A stretch of DNA of 64,000 bases from positions 2,604,001 through 2,668,000 of the forward strand of contig OZ251224.1 in NCBI GenBank assembly GCA_965240325.2, written 5' to 3'. The position numbers were made by a program, and so were the translations under genes. This DNA comes from Rebecca billardiae RCC1528. Lineage: Eukaryota; Protista; Haptophyta. Below the pieces are notes generated by a model. It saw only the letters and a list, made by a program, of their open reading frames with translations. It was not told where the DNA came from and did not search any database. Of this stretch, positions 47,537 to 60,400 are shown in pieces (positions within the stretch are counted from its first letter, which is position 1; the number at the start of each line of letters is the position of its first letter).

Positions 47537-48436
47537 ATTGACACTGCGCCACAAGGGGGGGGGGTCCAAAATTGTCCCCGCCGACGGCTCGATGGCTGCC
47601 GCACGTGCGTGCCCCGCGTGCCTTGCGCGTGTACGTGCACGGTAGGGCGTCCCGACAGCGAGGGCGGGGTGGCGTAGATGGTCTCATGGGAGGTGTGCCC
47701 GTGTGCCGGAGACGCTTCGACACCTTGGTGGCGTGCGCACACTTCTCCTTGCCGCCGCTTGCCTGCTGCGTGCTCGGCCAGCCGTGTTGAGAGCACGCCT
47801 GCGCGTGCATGGCCAATGTCGGGCGGATCGAGCCGTAGTGAGTGCGCGTGCGGGTACTCCTACCCGATGCGTCTCCCTACCACTGTCGCAAGCCCTCGTG
47901 CGCGTCGTGAAGCCTGTCGAATCCAGTCGGGCACATGCCCAACATGCTCGCGAACAATGGCCGAGGAATGGCGTCAAATGCGCTATTTGAAAATAAAACT
48001 GGCCAGCATGTCGCATACCACCATGATAACGTTGGCACGTCGTGGGTTCGAGTGCACGGCTTAGGGTTGACGTACAAAAGCTACTGCGACAGTGGTAGAG
48101 AGACGCATCGGGTAGGAGTACCCGCACGCGCACTCACTACGGCTCGATCCGCCCGACATTGGCCATGCACGCGCAGGCGTGCTCTCAACACGGCTGGCCG
48201 AGCACGCAGCAGGCAAGCGGCGGCAACGAGAGGTGTGGGCACGCCACCAAGGTGTCGAAGCGTCTCCGGCACACGGGCACACCTCCCACGAGACCATCTA
48301 CGCCACCCCGCCCTCGCTGTCGGGACGCCCTACCGTGCACGTACACGCGCAAGGCACGCGGGGCACGCACGTGCGGCAGCCATCGAGCCGTCGGCGGGGA
48401 CAATTTTGGACCCCCCCCTTGTGGCGCAGTGTCAAT
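47537..48436. mobile_element. Non-autonomous foldback element (MITE): ~350-bp inverted arms (47537-47890 and 48085-48436) around a 194-bp spacer
   Basis: Near-perfect inverted arms with ends ATTGACACTGCGCCACAAG...CTTGTGGCGCAGTGTCAAT; no coding capacity; TSD ambiguous. Confidence 0.85.
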
Positions 48437-49576
48437 GACATTCATCATTGTCAATGTTCAAGCCTCATGAGTTCATCTGAACTCTGTCTCTGACTAGCCC
48501 AGCTTCAAGCAAAGGACCATCATTCATCAAAGGTATATTTGATGACAGACAGACAGTCCTTTGCTGCAAAGGAGTGAAAGGACCGTCAAACTCAAAGGAC
48601 AAGGTATTTGATGGTCCTTACTCCTTTGCCCTTCAAGGGCCAACCGCCCGAAGCCGAAGGCCCCCCAAGCAGGTCTGCATCGCATGACAGTCCGTCACAG
48701 TGTCAGCACAAACCGTGCCTACCGGGTGGCGGGTGCCCTGCGGAGACCCGGACCGGCGGACGACGGTGCGGTGCCGGTCGCGGTCTGTACTGATGACACA
48801 GACTCAGAGTACTCAGTACGGTGACGCGGCGGCGCCGCCACTGCGGACTCGGAGAGTGGCGCGGAGCCACTGAAGTCTGAACTGCATCTAGGTGATAGGA
48901 GTATCCGGGATATATTGATTCCGGGATCATACTCACTGATCATACAGATACTGCTGGCATACTGCCTCTACTGAAGTGCACTAGCTGGTAACGGAGACTA
49001 ATATCCGGGAGTAATCCGCAGTCTGGCAGTCATTAGACTGGCACTGGACCGTCCGCGGTGCCGCGTGCCTAGCGTGGCGCGTGCCGGGCCGCACTGCCAC
49101 TTGGCCGCGTTGATCGAACTGCGCGGACTGAAGTCTGAACCCCGGCACTACTCACTAGCCGTTACGGATTATAGTAAATTAGTATTACGCCCCGCGATTA
49201 GTTACGCGGGCCTGAGACGGGCTGATTCTAGAGGCGCCGTCGTGATTGATTCTGACAAACTAGGCGAGTACAGCAACTATACTGAGGTCATCTCCCCCGC
49301 ACACTGGCGACTCCGTGACACTGCCGTTTCACGCTGATGACCGAGCCGACCGCGGCATCCGGCGGGTGCGGCCCGGGCCGGCGCACGCGGCACGGCCCGC
49401 CTCGAATCCGCGGCCCGCGGTCGCCGCGCCCCACGGTCGTCCCACATGGGAGTGGGACGCGGTGGCGGGCATGGTCACGTGGCATACAGTTGCCGATGGC
49501 CCTGGCCGGAGCAGGCCGAGGGTGGCAGCGCCAATGCCATCGCGTCACATGCGACTATGTGCAAGATCACGTCCAC

Positions 49577-50119
49577 TTACTCGTCGCAGTAGAAGGACTT
49601 CGTCGCGTCATAGCAATCGCCAAGCTTCACCTCGGACGAAACGGCCTCGTAGTAGGCGCAGTCAGCGGTCGGGTGCGTGTTGGCGTCCAGCAGCACCTCG
49701 TAGCCCGCGAAGAACGGGATGTACGAGGGAAGCGTCTTGCCCTTGCCGTCCCGCCAGATGCCCGGGTGCCCGTAGTCCGAGAAGCCGACCCAGATGTCGT
49801 CGCCCTGGGCCAGATCGTTGAGCAGCTGGTACTGCTTGCGCGACGTCCACTCCATGATCTCGGCACTCGGGTCCGACCCGCTGATGCGGTGGCACCACTT
49901 CTGAGCCTGCGCGCGAGTCAGGCATCCGGCAGCGCGCGCGCGGCGCGAAGCGCGCAATCGGTCAGCGGAAGCCCCGCACAACGCGCCGCGGGCAAAGGCG
50001 ATGGAGAGCGCACGCGAGCGGCCGTCGGTGGACGCTACGGATGACGCTTTGGTCGCACGTACATCGTTGTAGCTCATCGGCCCGTACTTCTGGTGGATGG
50101 CACCGAGATCACGACCCAT
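49577..50119 (-). CDS. C-type lectin-like domain protein, copy B (128 aa); exons 50119-50063 and 49906-49577
   Basis: Paralogue of copy A with the same intron position. Confidence 0.85.
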   Translation of the reverse strand: MGRDLGAIHQKYGPMSYNDVRATKASSVASTDGRSRALSIAFARGALCGASADRLRASRRARAAGCLTRAQAQKWCHRISGSDPSAEIMEWTSRKQYQLLNDLAQGDDIWVGFSDYGHPGIWRDGKGKTLPSYIPFFAGYEVLLDANTHPTADCAYYEAVSSEVKLGDCYDATKSFYCDE

Positions 50120-50650
50120 GGTGGCTGCGAGATCGGAGACGCGAGGAAGATCTGCCGGGTGAGAGGGACGGAGCGACGGCTCGAGGGCTCGGCGGTTTCG
50201 CGATTTGAACACGACCAACTTTCCACTTGCGTGTCCGGTCTGTGATATCTGTCCGGTTCATTCAGTGCTGCGGTCGGCCGCGGGTGACTCTGTGAGTGAG
50301 TGACGCAGACCCGAGTCACGGATTCTCAGTTGCACAGCTAGTCTAAGTTAGTCTGCCTGAACTGAAGCCATGCCCATGGGCCTTGGCACCCATGGTAATA
50401 CGGCGAAATCTTCATGTCATCCGGGGCCCTGAGCACGCGATGTGAAGGTTGGACCGCGGTACGGTACGGTGAATACGCCTCAGCGTCCGCACAGTTCGTC
50501 GCGGGGCCGCGGCTCGGACGTGCGGCACGAAAAACGCCGACGCGGGCATTGGCACGAAGCAGACAGTTTCGGCTGACCCTGGCCAGAGGAGGCCGAGAGT
50601 GGCAGCGCCAATGCCATCGCGTCTGCTACCGTGTGCGTGATCACGTCCAC

Positions 50651-51191
50651 TTACTCGTCGCAGTAGAAGAACTTCGTCGCGTCATAGCAATCGCCAAGCT
50701 TCACCTCGGACGAAACGGCCTCGTAGTAGGCGCAGTCCGCGTCCGGGTGCGTGTTGGCGTCCAGCAGCACCTCGTAGCCCGCGAAGAACGGGATGTACGA
50801 GGGCATCTCCTTGCCCTTGCCGTCCCTCCAGATGCCCGGGTGCCCGTAGTCCGAGAAGCCGACCCAGACATCGTCGCCCTGGGCCAGATCGTTGAGCAGC
50901 TGGTACTCCTTGCGCGACGACCACTCCATGATCTCGGCACTCGGGTCCGACCCGCTGATGCGGTGGCACCACTTCTGAGCCTGCGCGCGAGACAGGCGTT
51001 GGGCGGCGCGCGCGCGGCGCGAGGCGCAGTGGGTTAGCGCCAACACCGCACACGCGCACCGCGGGCAAGAAAATGCATAGCGCCCGCGAGCGGGCGTCGG
51101 GGGACGGGAAGGATAACGCGTCGATGGCACGTACATCGTTGTAGCTCATCGGCCCGTACTTCTGGTGGATGGCGCCGAGATCACGACCCAT
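50651..51191 (-). CDS. C-type lectin-like domain protein, copy C (128 aa); exons 51191-51135 and 50980-50651
   Basis: Paralogue of copy A with the same intron position. Confidence 0.85.
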
Positions 51192-51502
51192 GGTGGCAGC
51201 GAGAGGGAAGGCTTACGTAACGAGGAAAGGGAAGGACGGCTCGGGCTCGGATCGATTTCGCCGGTGGATCTCAATTAGATCCCGGTTCACGCCCAGCCGA
51301 GCCGTGGTCCACGTGCGTGCGCGCTGGCGATCGTCATCAATTCAGACCGAATGATGGGCGATCAACTTTGACGATCGTTTCGCTAACGACATTCGGTTGG
51401 TCCGGCAGGGCGGCAGCCGGCAAGCGGTCCACATCTGCGCCGGACTCGGCAGGCCCGGCGATGCCGACTGGTCGGGCTTGTCACGCCGGGGTTGAGGGCG
51501 GG

Positions 51503-51505
<3 letters not shown>

Positions 51506-51557
<52 letters not shown>
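51506..51557 (+). repeat. Poly-G tract (52 nt)
   Basis: Uninterrupted G homopolymer flanked by further G-runs. Confidence 0.9.
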
Positions 51558-53413
51558 CGGGGGTAGCGACCCTGGAGTCCATTCGTCAGGTTGCCAGGCC
51601 GTGCTGTGCATTCCTTCTCCGGCGCGCGCCCGGCACGTGCCCGGTAAGCCTTCAGGCTTTCCCGCTTTCAGTGGTTGAATGGCGCATGCACAGGACAGTC
51701 CGCGCGACATCGTCGTAGTCGTGAAGTCGCGTGGGCGGGCCGGGCCCAGAGAAAGCCCAGGCACGCGTACTTTCGTACCCTTGCTGCCCGTACTCCCGAG
51801 AACAGGCCATGGCGAGCTCTCGTGGACCGGCGCTAGGGCATGGCACCCGGTCGCACCGTCGGGCGTCCACGCGCCCTCCGCTCAGCTGCTGACGATCCGG
51901 CCCATTGGACTGCTTGCGACGTGCTGCCCCGTTGGAGCGCTGATTCCGAGGTCACGCGGTTTCTCGAGGGCAATGGCACCTTTGATCGTCGACGTCGCCA
52001 ACCCGCACCCGTGACGCGCAGCTGAGACTGCGCCCAGCCCCGACGGCTGCATGGCATTTTTCTCGGCCGGGGATCTGTGCAAGCAGTTCGCAAAAGCTTA
52101 CTAGCTTAGCTAGATGAGACTCGTCTACGACGCATCTGAGCGGCTGGTTTGTCAGACGCGGTCCCGCAGTATGGGCTTCGAGTGCGGAATACTGCCGACG
52201 CCCCAGTCGGCACTCGGGGCGGGCGGGCGACCACATCTCAGCACGAAGGACGAGAGACTGTGAATACATACGAATTGAAATCGCATGCGTTGTTCATTCT
52301 ACTCCTCGAGTAGTACCCGATGCCTTCGCAGCCTGCGCTGACCCGCTATGCTGACCGGCGCCGCTGACGGACGGCTGGCTGATGAAGCTGGCACCTGCCG
52401 GCCACCCGCAGAGCCTCCGCTTTCTCGATAACTTCACGATTACTACAAGTCAGTTTTCAAAATTAGGCGCGGTACTTGTACGAGTGAGCCTGCAATGCGC
52501 CGCCGCGAACAAGAGCAGTCGTGCCCTGGCATTACATCTGCAGGGCCCGCGATTCACATGAGAGCTGATTAGGCGCAGCGCCGGTCATCACCCACGCGAC
52601 CCGAACCGTGCCCCCGGACTCAGACGTTTCGGACGTCGTCTGCAGCCGATTAGGATTCTCAGGAGCGTTGAACACTTCTTATCAGGGTCGGAATAACCGT
52701 CATTCAATGGCATGCGCAGTTACATACATGCTACAGCACAGCAGACTGTGTCACGTGTCTTACTCTCTACTGTCGCACTCGGTACGGTCCAATAATGACG
52801 ACGACGCTGCGAGTGTTGATACAGTAGTAGGCACGACGAACCCGTAAACCGACGTCGCGGTGACTGTAACTACGCAGCCTACGTCGACGGCTCCGGGACC
52901 GGGCTGGTGGTGTCTGAACTAAACAGTGACAGTTTGGCGGCGCGCGGTCGGCGCGGTTCTAGCAATGATAACTGGCACAGAGTCCGCGTACCGCCGTACG
53001 GCGGGGCCCTACGAGTACGGGCACCGCAGTCCGACTAAGTCTAAGTCGAACGTTAGTTACTCGGTAGTCCGTGCTGTCACTTAGCAGCTTAGACTATAGG
53101 CCATTATGAATTATATCAGATGTGCGGGTTAGTTAGCGGTGCCAATCCCCCGTTTAATTAATAATGCAGGCAGCAGCCACGGCAGGGAGCAGGCGGGCGC
53201 CGCCCCGCGGGGGGCCGGCCGCGCGTCCGCACTGTCGAGTGACTAGACTGTCGTCTGTCGGACTGTGACTGTGTGCGCCGCGGCCTAGCTTAGTAAATAT
53301 GAAACTTGTCCTGGCAGTTCTATAACTTTCTGCGACGTGTACTAAGTGACATTTCGCGAATCACTGCTGACACTGGGACCGCGCGCCCGCTCGGCTCGGA
53401 CTTCAACAGTCAC

Positions 53414-53928
53414 TTACTCGTCGCAGTAGAAGAACTTCGTCGCGTCCAGGCAGTCCCCGAGCTTCACCTCGGAGGAAGAGGCCTCGAAGTAGGCGCAGTC
53501 GGCGTCCGGGTGCGTGTTGGCGTCCAGCAGAATCTCGTAGCCCGCGAAGAATGGGACATACTCCGGCTTGTTTGAGCCCTTGCCGTCCCTCCAGAGGCCC
53601 GGGTGCCCGTAGTCCGAGAAGCCAACCCAGATGTCGTCATCCCCTGAGAGATCGGCAAGCAGCTGGTACTCCCGGCGCGTCGACCACTCCATGATCTCGG
53701 CGCTCGAGTCCGAGCCGCTGATCGTGTGGCACCACTTCTGAGCCTGCGCGAGAGACAGAATCGGGCAGGGAGCAGCGAAAATCGCGCAGGCGGTCAGCGC
53801 CGGATGCACAGCCAGAGCAAAACGGAAGGAGAGCGCGCGTGGGCGCGGTATTGGCGTGCGTGGTTGCTGCGTACAGCGTTGTAGTCCATTGGACCCCACT
53901 TCTGATGGATCGCGCCCCAGCCCGGCAT
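53414..53928 (-). CDS. C-type lectin-like domain protein, copy D (127 aa); exons 53928-53875 and 53743-53414
   Basis: Paralogue with exon 1 MPGWGAIHQKWGPMDYNA and the same intron position. Confidence 0.85.
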
Positions 53929-56007
53929 GGTTGCAGCGAGATCGAGGCCTCAGGCGGCGAGAGAGGGACGGCACCTGCCCAGTTTCGCGATCACACGATC
54001 CGCCGGCTGTAGTAGGGATCGGGATCGAGTGAAACGGGGAGGACGCCCAGACGCCACGTAGATTCGTCATTGATTACCCCGGACGGGTGCTGCAGTGGGC
54101 ACGCTCAACTTTGGAGCTGTCCGGGCGACGTGGACCGCTGGACCCACGGCCGCCGGGCGGAGCGGGCGCGCCCGAGCTGGGCGCAGACGCGCAAGATGCG
54201 GGGCATGCAGTCGAACGGAAGGCTTCACGGCCCCCGCGTGGTTTGGAGCAGGACGCTGCGCCGCGACCCTGGACTCCATGGCAGCGAAAGCCGATGTTGA
54301 GCAGATTAAGCTGCCTTGCTGCGCATCACTTGCTCGGGACGTGCCCGGCCAAGCTTTAGGGCTTGCACTAGCCCTCCGCGGTTCCCCGCCGAGGCAGAGG
54401 GAAGGGGTCCATGTAGCACTTGGCAATCATCACTCGAATGTAGCTCTAACGTGACGTCACGCGCGCGGGCCGGGCCTACAATAGGGGGAGGGCGGCCACA
54501 CAGAGATCCACGCTTCTTGGGGTGGCCATCTGATTCGGAGTTCAGCAAAACCTACCGCCCCGCCCGCCAGGGAGGCACGTGCTCGAAAGCGCGCAATGAC
54601 GTAGTCTGCGCGATGGCCTAACGGATCAATGACCTCGTGCTCGAGAGTGCCGCCACACCAGCCACGTCACCCAGTACGCAGCGTCAGAATATCCAACAGC
54701 AGGCCGCAGGCCGGCCACGCGGCCGGAGCAGCATACTTAGTTCGCATCCCGCACGGTGCCACCGGTTCGGCTTTGGGGCGTATGGGTACCGTAGACTTAT
54801 CACAAAAGCGCGCCGCATGTAGCCTTCTGCAGCCTCCTATCACGTAACGTATACATCTGAAACTTTCGCGATGACGTCTGCATCATTCGTTCGTTCAGAC
54901 CGCCACTGTCACTGTGTCTGAACATTACGAGTCTGTGACAGTTGACTCTGACATTCACTGTAAAACCGAAACTCAGCGGCAGCCAGCATGACTCGTCCCG
55001 CAGCAGCTCATACTACTACAGTAGCTACTGAATACTGATGAAAATTTCCGCATAAGACCAGCACAGACCCGCGTACCACGTTACCACGTAAACAAGTATC
55101 TTGTGACGGTGATTACGCGCGGGTGAGCCTGATCAGAGTCTGTCGTCAGCGAGAACTTTAGGCTCCGGCGAACGTCGTACGGCTGTATGTATAATTTAAG
55201 TCAGCTGAATTCTGATTCGACGACGAGACTGTCATTTGACCGGCGCATTCCGCGGTTTGGCGCGTAGAGTAATGCCCGAGTGCGAGCCGCGCAGCGCACC
55301 GGGTGGATCGCGCTCCAGCAGCTCAAGGCCGCGCTCAAGCCGGCTTTCGATGCCCACGGTGCTGTCGGTGCATCAGGCTATAGCCTAGTTATATGCTCGG
55401 TCACCAACGCCGACTTCGTCGTCAGTTCGTGTCGACGATCGGGCATCACTGCCGCCGACCAATCAGGAGACCCGTGCGTCGTCCTACCTCTGAGTACCTG
55501 TGTGACACTGTGTCGTCGCGTTATTATTTGAGCTAAGGCGGCGATCGAGTTACCAATGGCAAGTAGACCGACAATTACTGAGACAGTTACTGGGCATAGC
55601 AGGCACTACTGCCATCAATGCACGCCGCCGTCGCCGTGTCATGCTACCGCAGGTTCTTGAAAGCAATATAACGACAACTCGTCGGGAGACGACGCACTAC
55701 GACACAGCGCGGACGCACGGTCAGCAGCGTCCGACGATGGCGACGCCGCTGGCGATCGTCAATTTTCTTCGAGCCGTGTCGGCCTGTCGGGGCATGTCCG
55801 GAACCTAGCTGCGGACGCACTCGCCCTCGGGTAGTCCACTGCTCGTCGGGTCCTCGGCCCCAGCGTGCATACTTATGGGACGCAGCAGCAGGCATGCGGC
55901 CGCAAAGGAGACAGCTGCAGATGGTCCCGGCCGGAAGAGCCGAGGGTAGCAGCGTCAATGATGATGCCGCCGCCGCGTCCTGTGCATGTGGTCGTGCCAT
56001 AAAGTAC

Positions 56008-56525
56008 TTACTCGTCGCAATAGAAGAACTTCGTCGCGTCCAGGCAGTCCCCGAGCTTCACCAACGAGGACGAGGCCTCGAAGTAGGCGCAGTCGGCGTC
56101 CGGGTGCGTGTTAGCGTCCAGCAGAATCTCCTGCCCTGCGAAGAACGGGACGTAGTCCGGCTTGCCCTCGCCCTTGCCATCCCTCCAGACGCCCGGGTGC
56201 CCCCAGTCCGTGAAGCCGACCCAGACGTCGTTGCCGCCGGAGAGGTCGTTGAGCAGCTGGTACTCCCGGCGCGTCTTCCACTCCATGATCTCCGCCTGCG
56301 GGTCCGAGCCGCTCACCGTGTGGCACCACTTCTGCGCCTGCGCGTGGGAAGAGTTGCGAGCGGCATGCGGCGCAGATCGCGCAGTGTGTCAGCGCGGGAT
56401 GCACAGAGATAGCACAGCGGATGGGGAGCGCGCGCGAGCGGGCGGCATCGCCGTGTGTCGCTGCTACGTACAGCGTTGTAGTCCATCGGACCCCACTTGT
56501 GGTGGATGGCGCCAAGGTCAGGCAT
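56008..56525 (-). CDS. C-type lectin-like domain protein, copy E (127 aa); exons 56525-56472 and 56337-56008
   Basis: Paralogue with exon 1 MPDLGAIHHKWGPMDYNA and the same intron position. Confidence 0.85.
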
Positions 56526-57450
56526 GGTCGCGGCGAGACTGGAGGTGCTGCGCGGTGTTGATGAGGAAGGACGGCACCTTCGTTATGATTCGTCTCGTCC
56601 TACCAGGATTCCGCCTCGCCAGTGTGCATGCAGGCGAAAAGCGTGAATCTAGACCAGTTTTGCACGGCTGCCGACTGGCTGTGCAATCAGCCGGCAATTC
56701 GGCAAGGCGATCAACTTTCGCCAACGACGAGGATCTGGGATCTGTCCGGTCTTTGCCCGGACACTGAGCATCACCACCTGCACAATGGCCGCCGGCCAGT
56801 CGAGGCGCTTGGGGTGTGTGGGATGCCCCTACTGTCCATTCGAGCGAAATCCGAGCTTGACGTTCTCTGCGCATTTCTTGCGCGCGTATGCGTTTGGGGT
56901 TGGAAAGTCCGATGGGCCCAGTCGGAGAGCGCACGCACGCGCGTATTCGTGCCCTGGCCGCCCGGCATCGCCGGTGACCGGGCCGCTGTGAGCGCTCGCG
57001 GGCGGGTGTCATGGACTCATGGTACATGGCACCTGTGCACACAGTCGGGCGCCCTCGCGCCCTCCTCCGCTGACCTCTTGGGGAGCTCAGAGCGATGATC
57101 ATCCGGGGTGCGTGTGCACACGACGTGGCCGGTGCTGGCCATGCTGGAGCTACTCGCATGTGACCAGCGTCACACGCGTACGGACCGCCCATCCGCCAAG
57201 GGCCGCACATCCGCGCCGTGCGCACGGTCGAGACGCTATGCTCGGCTCAGTAAGCGGCACAGCTAGGCTTGAATCGGCTCTGCTGCTCTGACGACTCGGC
57301 GGTCGGCGCCGCCAAGCTGCACTCTCAACTCGTGACGCGCAGACGGTGAGCTCATGACTCGCGATGAGATCAGGACTCAGGAGAACCTTCGCTCGTGGGC
57401 TCCGCCGGACGTGAGTGAGCAACCGGCGCGCATGATGGGCGCCGCGTTGG

Positions 57451-60400
57451 ATGTGGATGCCCCCGATGTCCCGATGGTGCGCCCGGCTGGCCCTCGTGAT
57501 GTGCGCGGCCGCGGCTGCGCCTTCCGCGGATGAGACGTCCGACAAGAGGAGCAGCCGATACATCGTGCGCTTCGGCCCTTCGGCGCAGGCCGGGCGCAAG
57601 GGGCAGCTCGCCGATGCACGGAGAAGGGTGGCAGTCGAGCACGAATTCTCGCGTGTGATGCACGGCGTGAGCGCGCGTCTCACGCCGGTGGAGAAGGCGC
57701 AGTTCGAGGCGATGGGCGCAAGCGTGTACAAGGACGCCGCGATCCACGCGCCCCCGTCCACGCCGGCCGACGCCGAGGAAGCGCGCCCGCTGGGCGAGCA
57801 CGCGAGCATCCTCTCCAGCCTGCCGTGGGGGCTTGACCGCATCGACCAGCCTTCCTTGCCGCTGGACGGGGTGTACAGCACGCCCGCCGATGGCTCTGGC
57901 GTGCACATCTATGTCATCGACACGGGCATCAACGGCGCGCACTCGGAGTGGGCCGGCCGCGTTGGAGTGGGTCGTGATCTTGTCGACAACGACGACGACC
58001 CTTCAGACTGCAACGGCCATGGCTCGCACGTGGCCGGCGTGGCGTTGGGCACGACGTACGGCGTGGCGAGGAACGCGACGCTGCACGGCGTGCGCGTCCT
58101 CGACTGCGCGGGCGCCGGCTTCGCCTCCACCACCATCGCCGCGCTCGAGTGGGTCCTGACGCAGCCGGCGGACTCGGCTCGGATCGTGGTGATCTCTCTC
58201 GTGGCGACGTTCAGCTCGCCGCTGAACGCCGCGGTGGACGCGGCCGTCGCGGCGGGCGTGAGCGTGGTCGTCGCCGCGGGGAACGGCGCGCGCAACGCGT
58301 GCTACCACTCGCCCGCCTCCGCGTCGGGCGCCATCACGGTCGGCTACTCGACGAGTGCCGATCGCCGTGGCGTCTTCAGTAACTACGGCAGCTGCGTCGC
58401 TCTGTATGCGCCGGGGGACGCGGTGCTGAGCGCGTGGGTCGGCGGGCCGCAGAGCGCGCTGCAGCGCACCGGCACGTCGATGGCCGCGCCGCACGTCGCG
58501 GGCGTCCTCGCGCAGCACGCCGCGGCGCTCGGCCCGGGCGCGACTCCGTCCGAGCTGCGATCGCGCGTGCTTGCAGCCGCGGTCCAGGGACATCTGTCCA
58601 GGCTGCCAGCGCCCGAGGTGGGGCTGCTGCTGCAGGCGTACCAGCACAGCCCGCCGCCGAGCCCGCCGGCGCCGCCGAGCCCGCCGAGCCCGCCGCCCGC
58701 CCCGCCCGCGCCGCCCGCGCCGCCCAGCCTGCCTGCGTGCGCGCGCGCGCGTCTCTCGTGCGACGCGGCGGTCAGCGGCAGCACTTGGGATGCACCGCAC
58801 ACGCACGGGCAGCCGTCGGGCGAGCACTGGTACCTGGTGGACGGGTCCGGCCCGCTCACGCTGCACACGTGCGGCTCGAGCATCGACACGTGGCTCCGGC
58901 TATGGAGCGCCTGCCCCGGCGACGGTGGCGTCGAGCTCGCCAGCGATGACAATGGCTACCTCGGCGGCGGCGGGAGCGAATTCGACGCGTGCTCGACCGC
59001 GTCCAAGCTCTCCCGGACTTTTGTCAAGGGTGAGGCGCTGCTGGCGATGGTGGAGGGCTGGGGGTCGATCGAGGGGCTGTACACGCTGACGATGAGCGGC
59101 TGCATCCCGCCGAGCCCGCCGCCGCCCGCGCCGCCCGCGCCGCCCGCGCCGCCGCCCAGCCCGCCGGCGCCGCCGCCCACGCCGCCGCCATCGCCGCCGC
59201 CTCCTCCGCCGCCCGTTCCGCCGCCGCCCAGCGCGCCGCCCAGCGCGCCGCCGCCACCGCCGCCCACGCCGCCGCCGGGCGCCCCGCCCGCATTGCCGCC
59301 GAGACCGCCACCAAGCCCGCCACCACCACCGCGCACCGAGCCTTTCCCGCCGCCGTCGCCGCCGAGCATGCCGCCCTCGGCACCGCCAAGCGCGCCGCCC
59401 CCGTCGCCGCCCTCGCCGCCACCTCCGAGCCCGCCGCCGCCCTCGCCGCCGCCGCAGCCGTCACTGCCGCCCTCGCCACCACCGCCACCGCCACCCAGAC
59501 CACCGTCACCGCCGTCTCCACCACCGCCGCGGAGCCCACCGTCCCCGCCCTCGATGCCCCCGCCCCCGCCCTCGTCCTTGCCGCCCTCGCCGCCAGCGTC
59601 TCCCTCGCCGCCGCCGTCCGCACCGCCGCCGCCGTGCTTCGCAGCTGGGGTGCTTAACGTGGGTGGCGGCGCGCTGGCATGCGGCGCCGTCGTCAGCGGC
59701 GACACGAGCGGCTCAGCCGCGGGCTCCACGGCGTTCGGCCACGCCTCGCCAGAACACGTCTTCTCCATCGTCGTCTCAGAGTCGGCCGCCGTCTCCATCG
59801 ACACGTGCGGCTCGGCGTTCGACACATTTCTCCGCGTGTTCGAGCGCTGCCCGCGCGACGCTGGCGCCGAGCTCGAGCGTGACGATGACAGCGGCTGCGG
59901 CACGGCGGCGCGGCTCACGTTCAGCGCGCAGGCTGGCCGGCCCTACCTCGTGCTGCTCGAGGGCTTCGGCGACAGCGCGGCCGGCGCGTACGAGCTGCGC
60001 GTGAGCTGTGCAGCGGAGGGCGAGGCCGACGCCCCGGCTGAGGACGACGGTTCAGACGCGGACGCGGTCGCCGCCCTCGTCCGCGGGTCGCTGCAGCTTG
60101 ACGCCGAGCCGGACGAGTGGGTGGCGGGCGCGGCCGGCGCGGCGGAGAAGTGGGACGGGCTCGCCGGTGCCATCGCGAGCGTGGTCGACGTCGCGGGCGC
60201 CGACGTCACCATCACGGGCGTGACGGGCGGCAGTGTTGTCGTCGACTTTGAGATCAGAGCGCGCGACGACGGCGACGGGCAGCCTTCTAAGCTGGTCGCG
60301 AAGCTGGAGGCGGGCGCGGCTGAGCTGGCGCAGCGCGTGCAGGCGAGCACGGGCGTGGCGGTGCTCGGCGGGGGCATGGTGCAGGGCTTGCACGTCGTCA

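Noticed and set aside
47958-48058. tRNA or SINE suggested by A-box-like TGGCCGAGGAATGG and B-box-like GGTTCGAGTGC
   Set aside because: The T-stem does not pair, the spacing is long, and no cloverleaf can be built.
48061-48068. Telomere-like TTAGGG
   Set aside because: Single occurrence, not a repeat array.
46426-56525. Diversity-generating retroelement (lectin-fold targets plus repeated sequence)
   Set aside because: No reverse transcriptase or non-coding template repeat; all copies are intact intron-containing genes and the differences are not adenine-specific.
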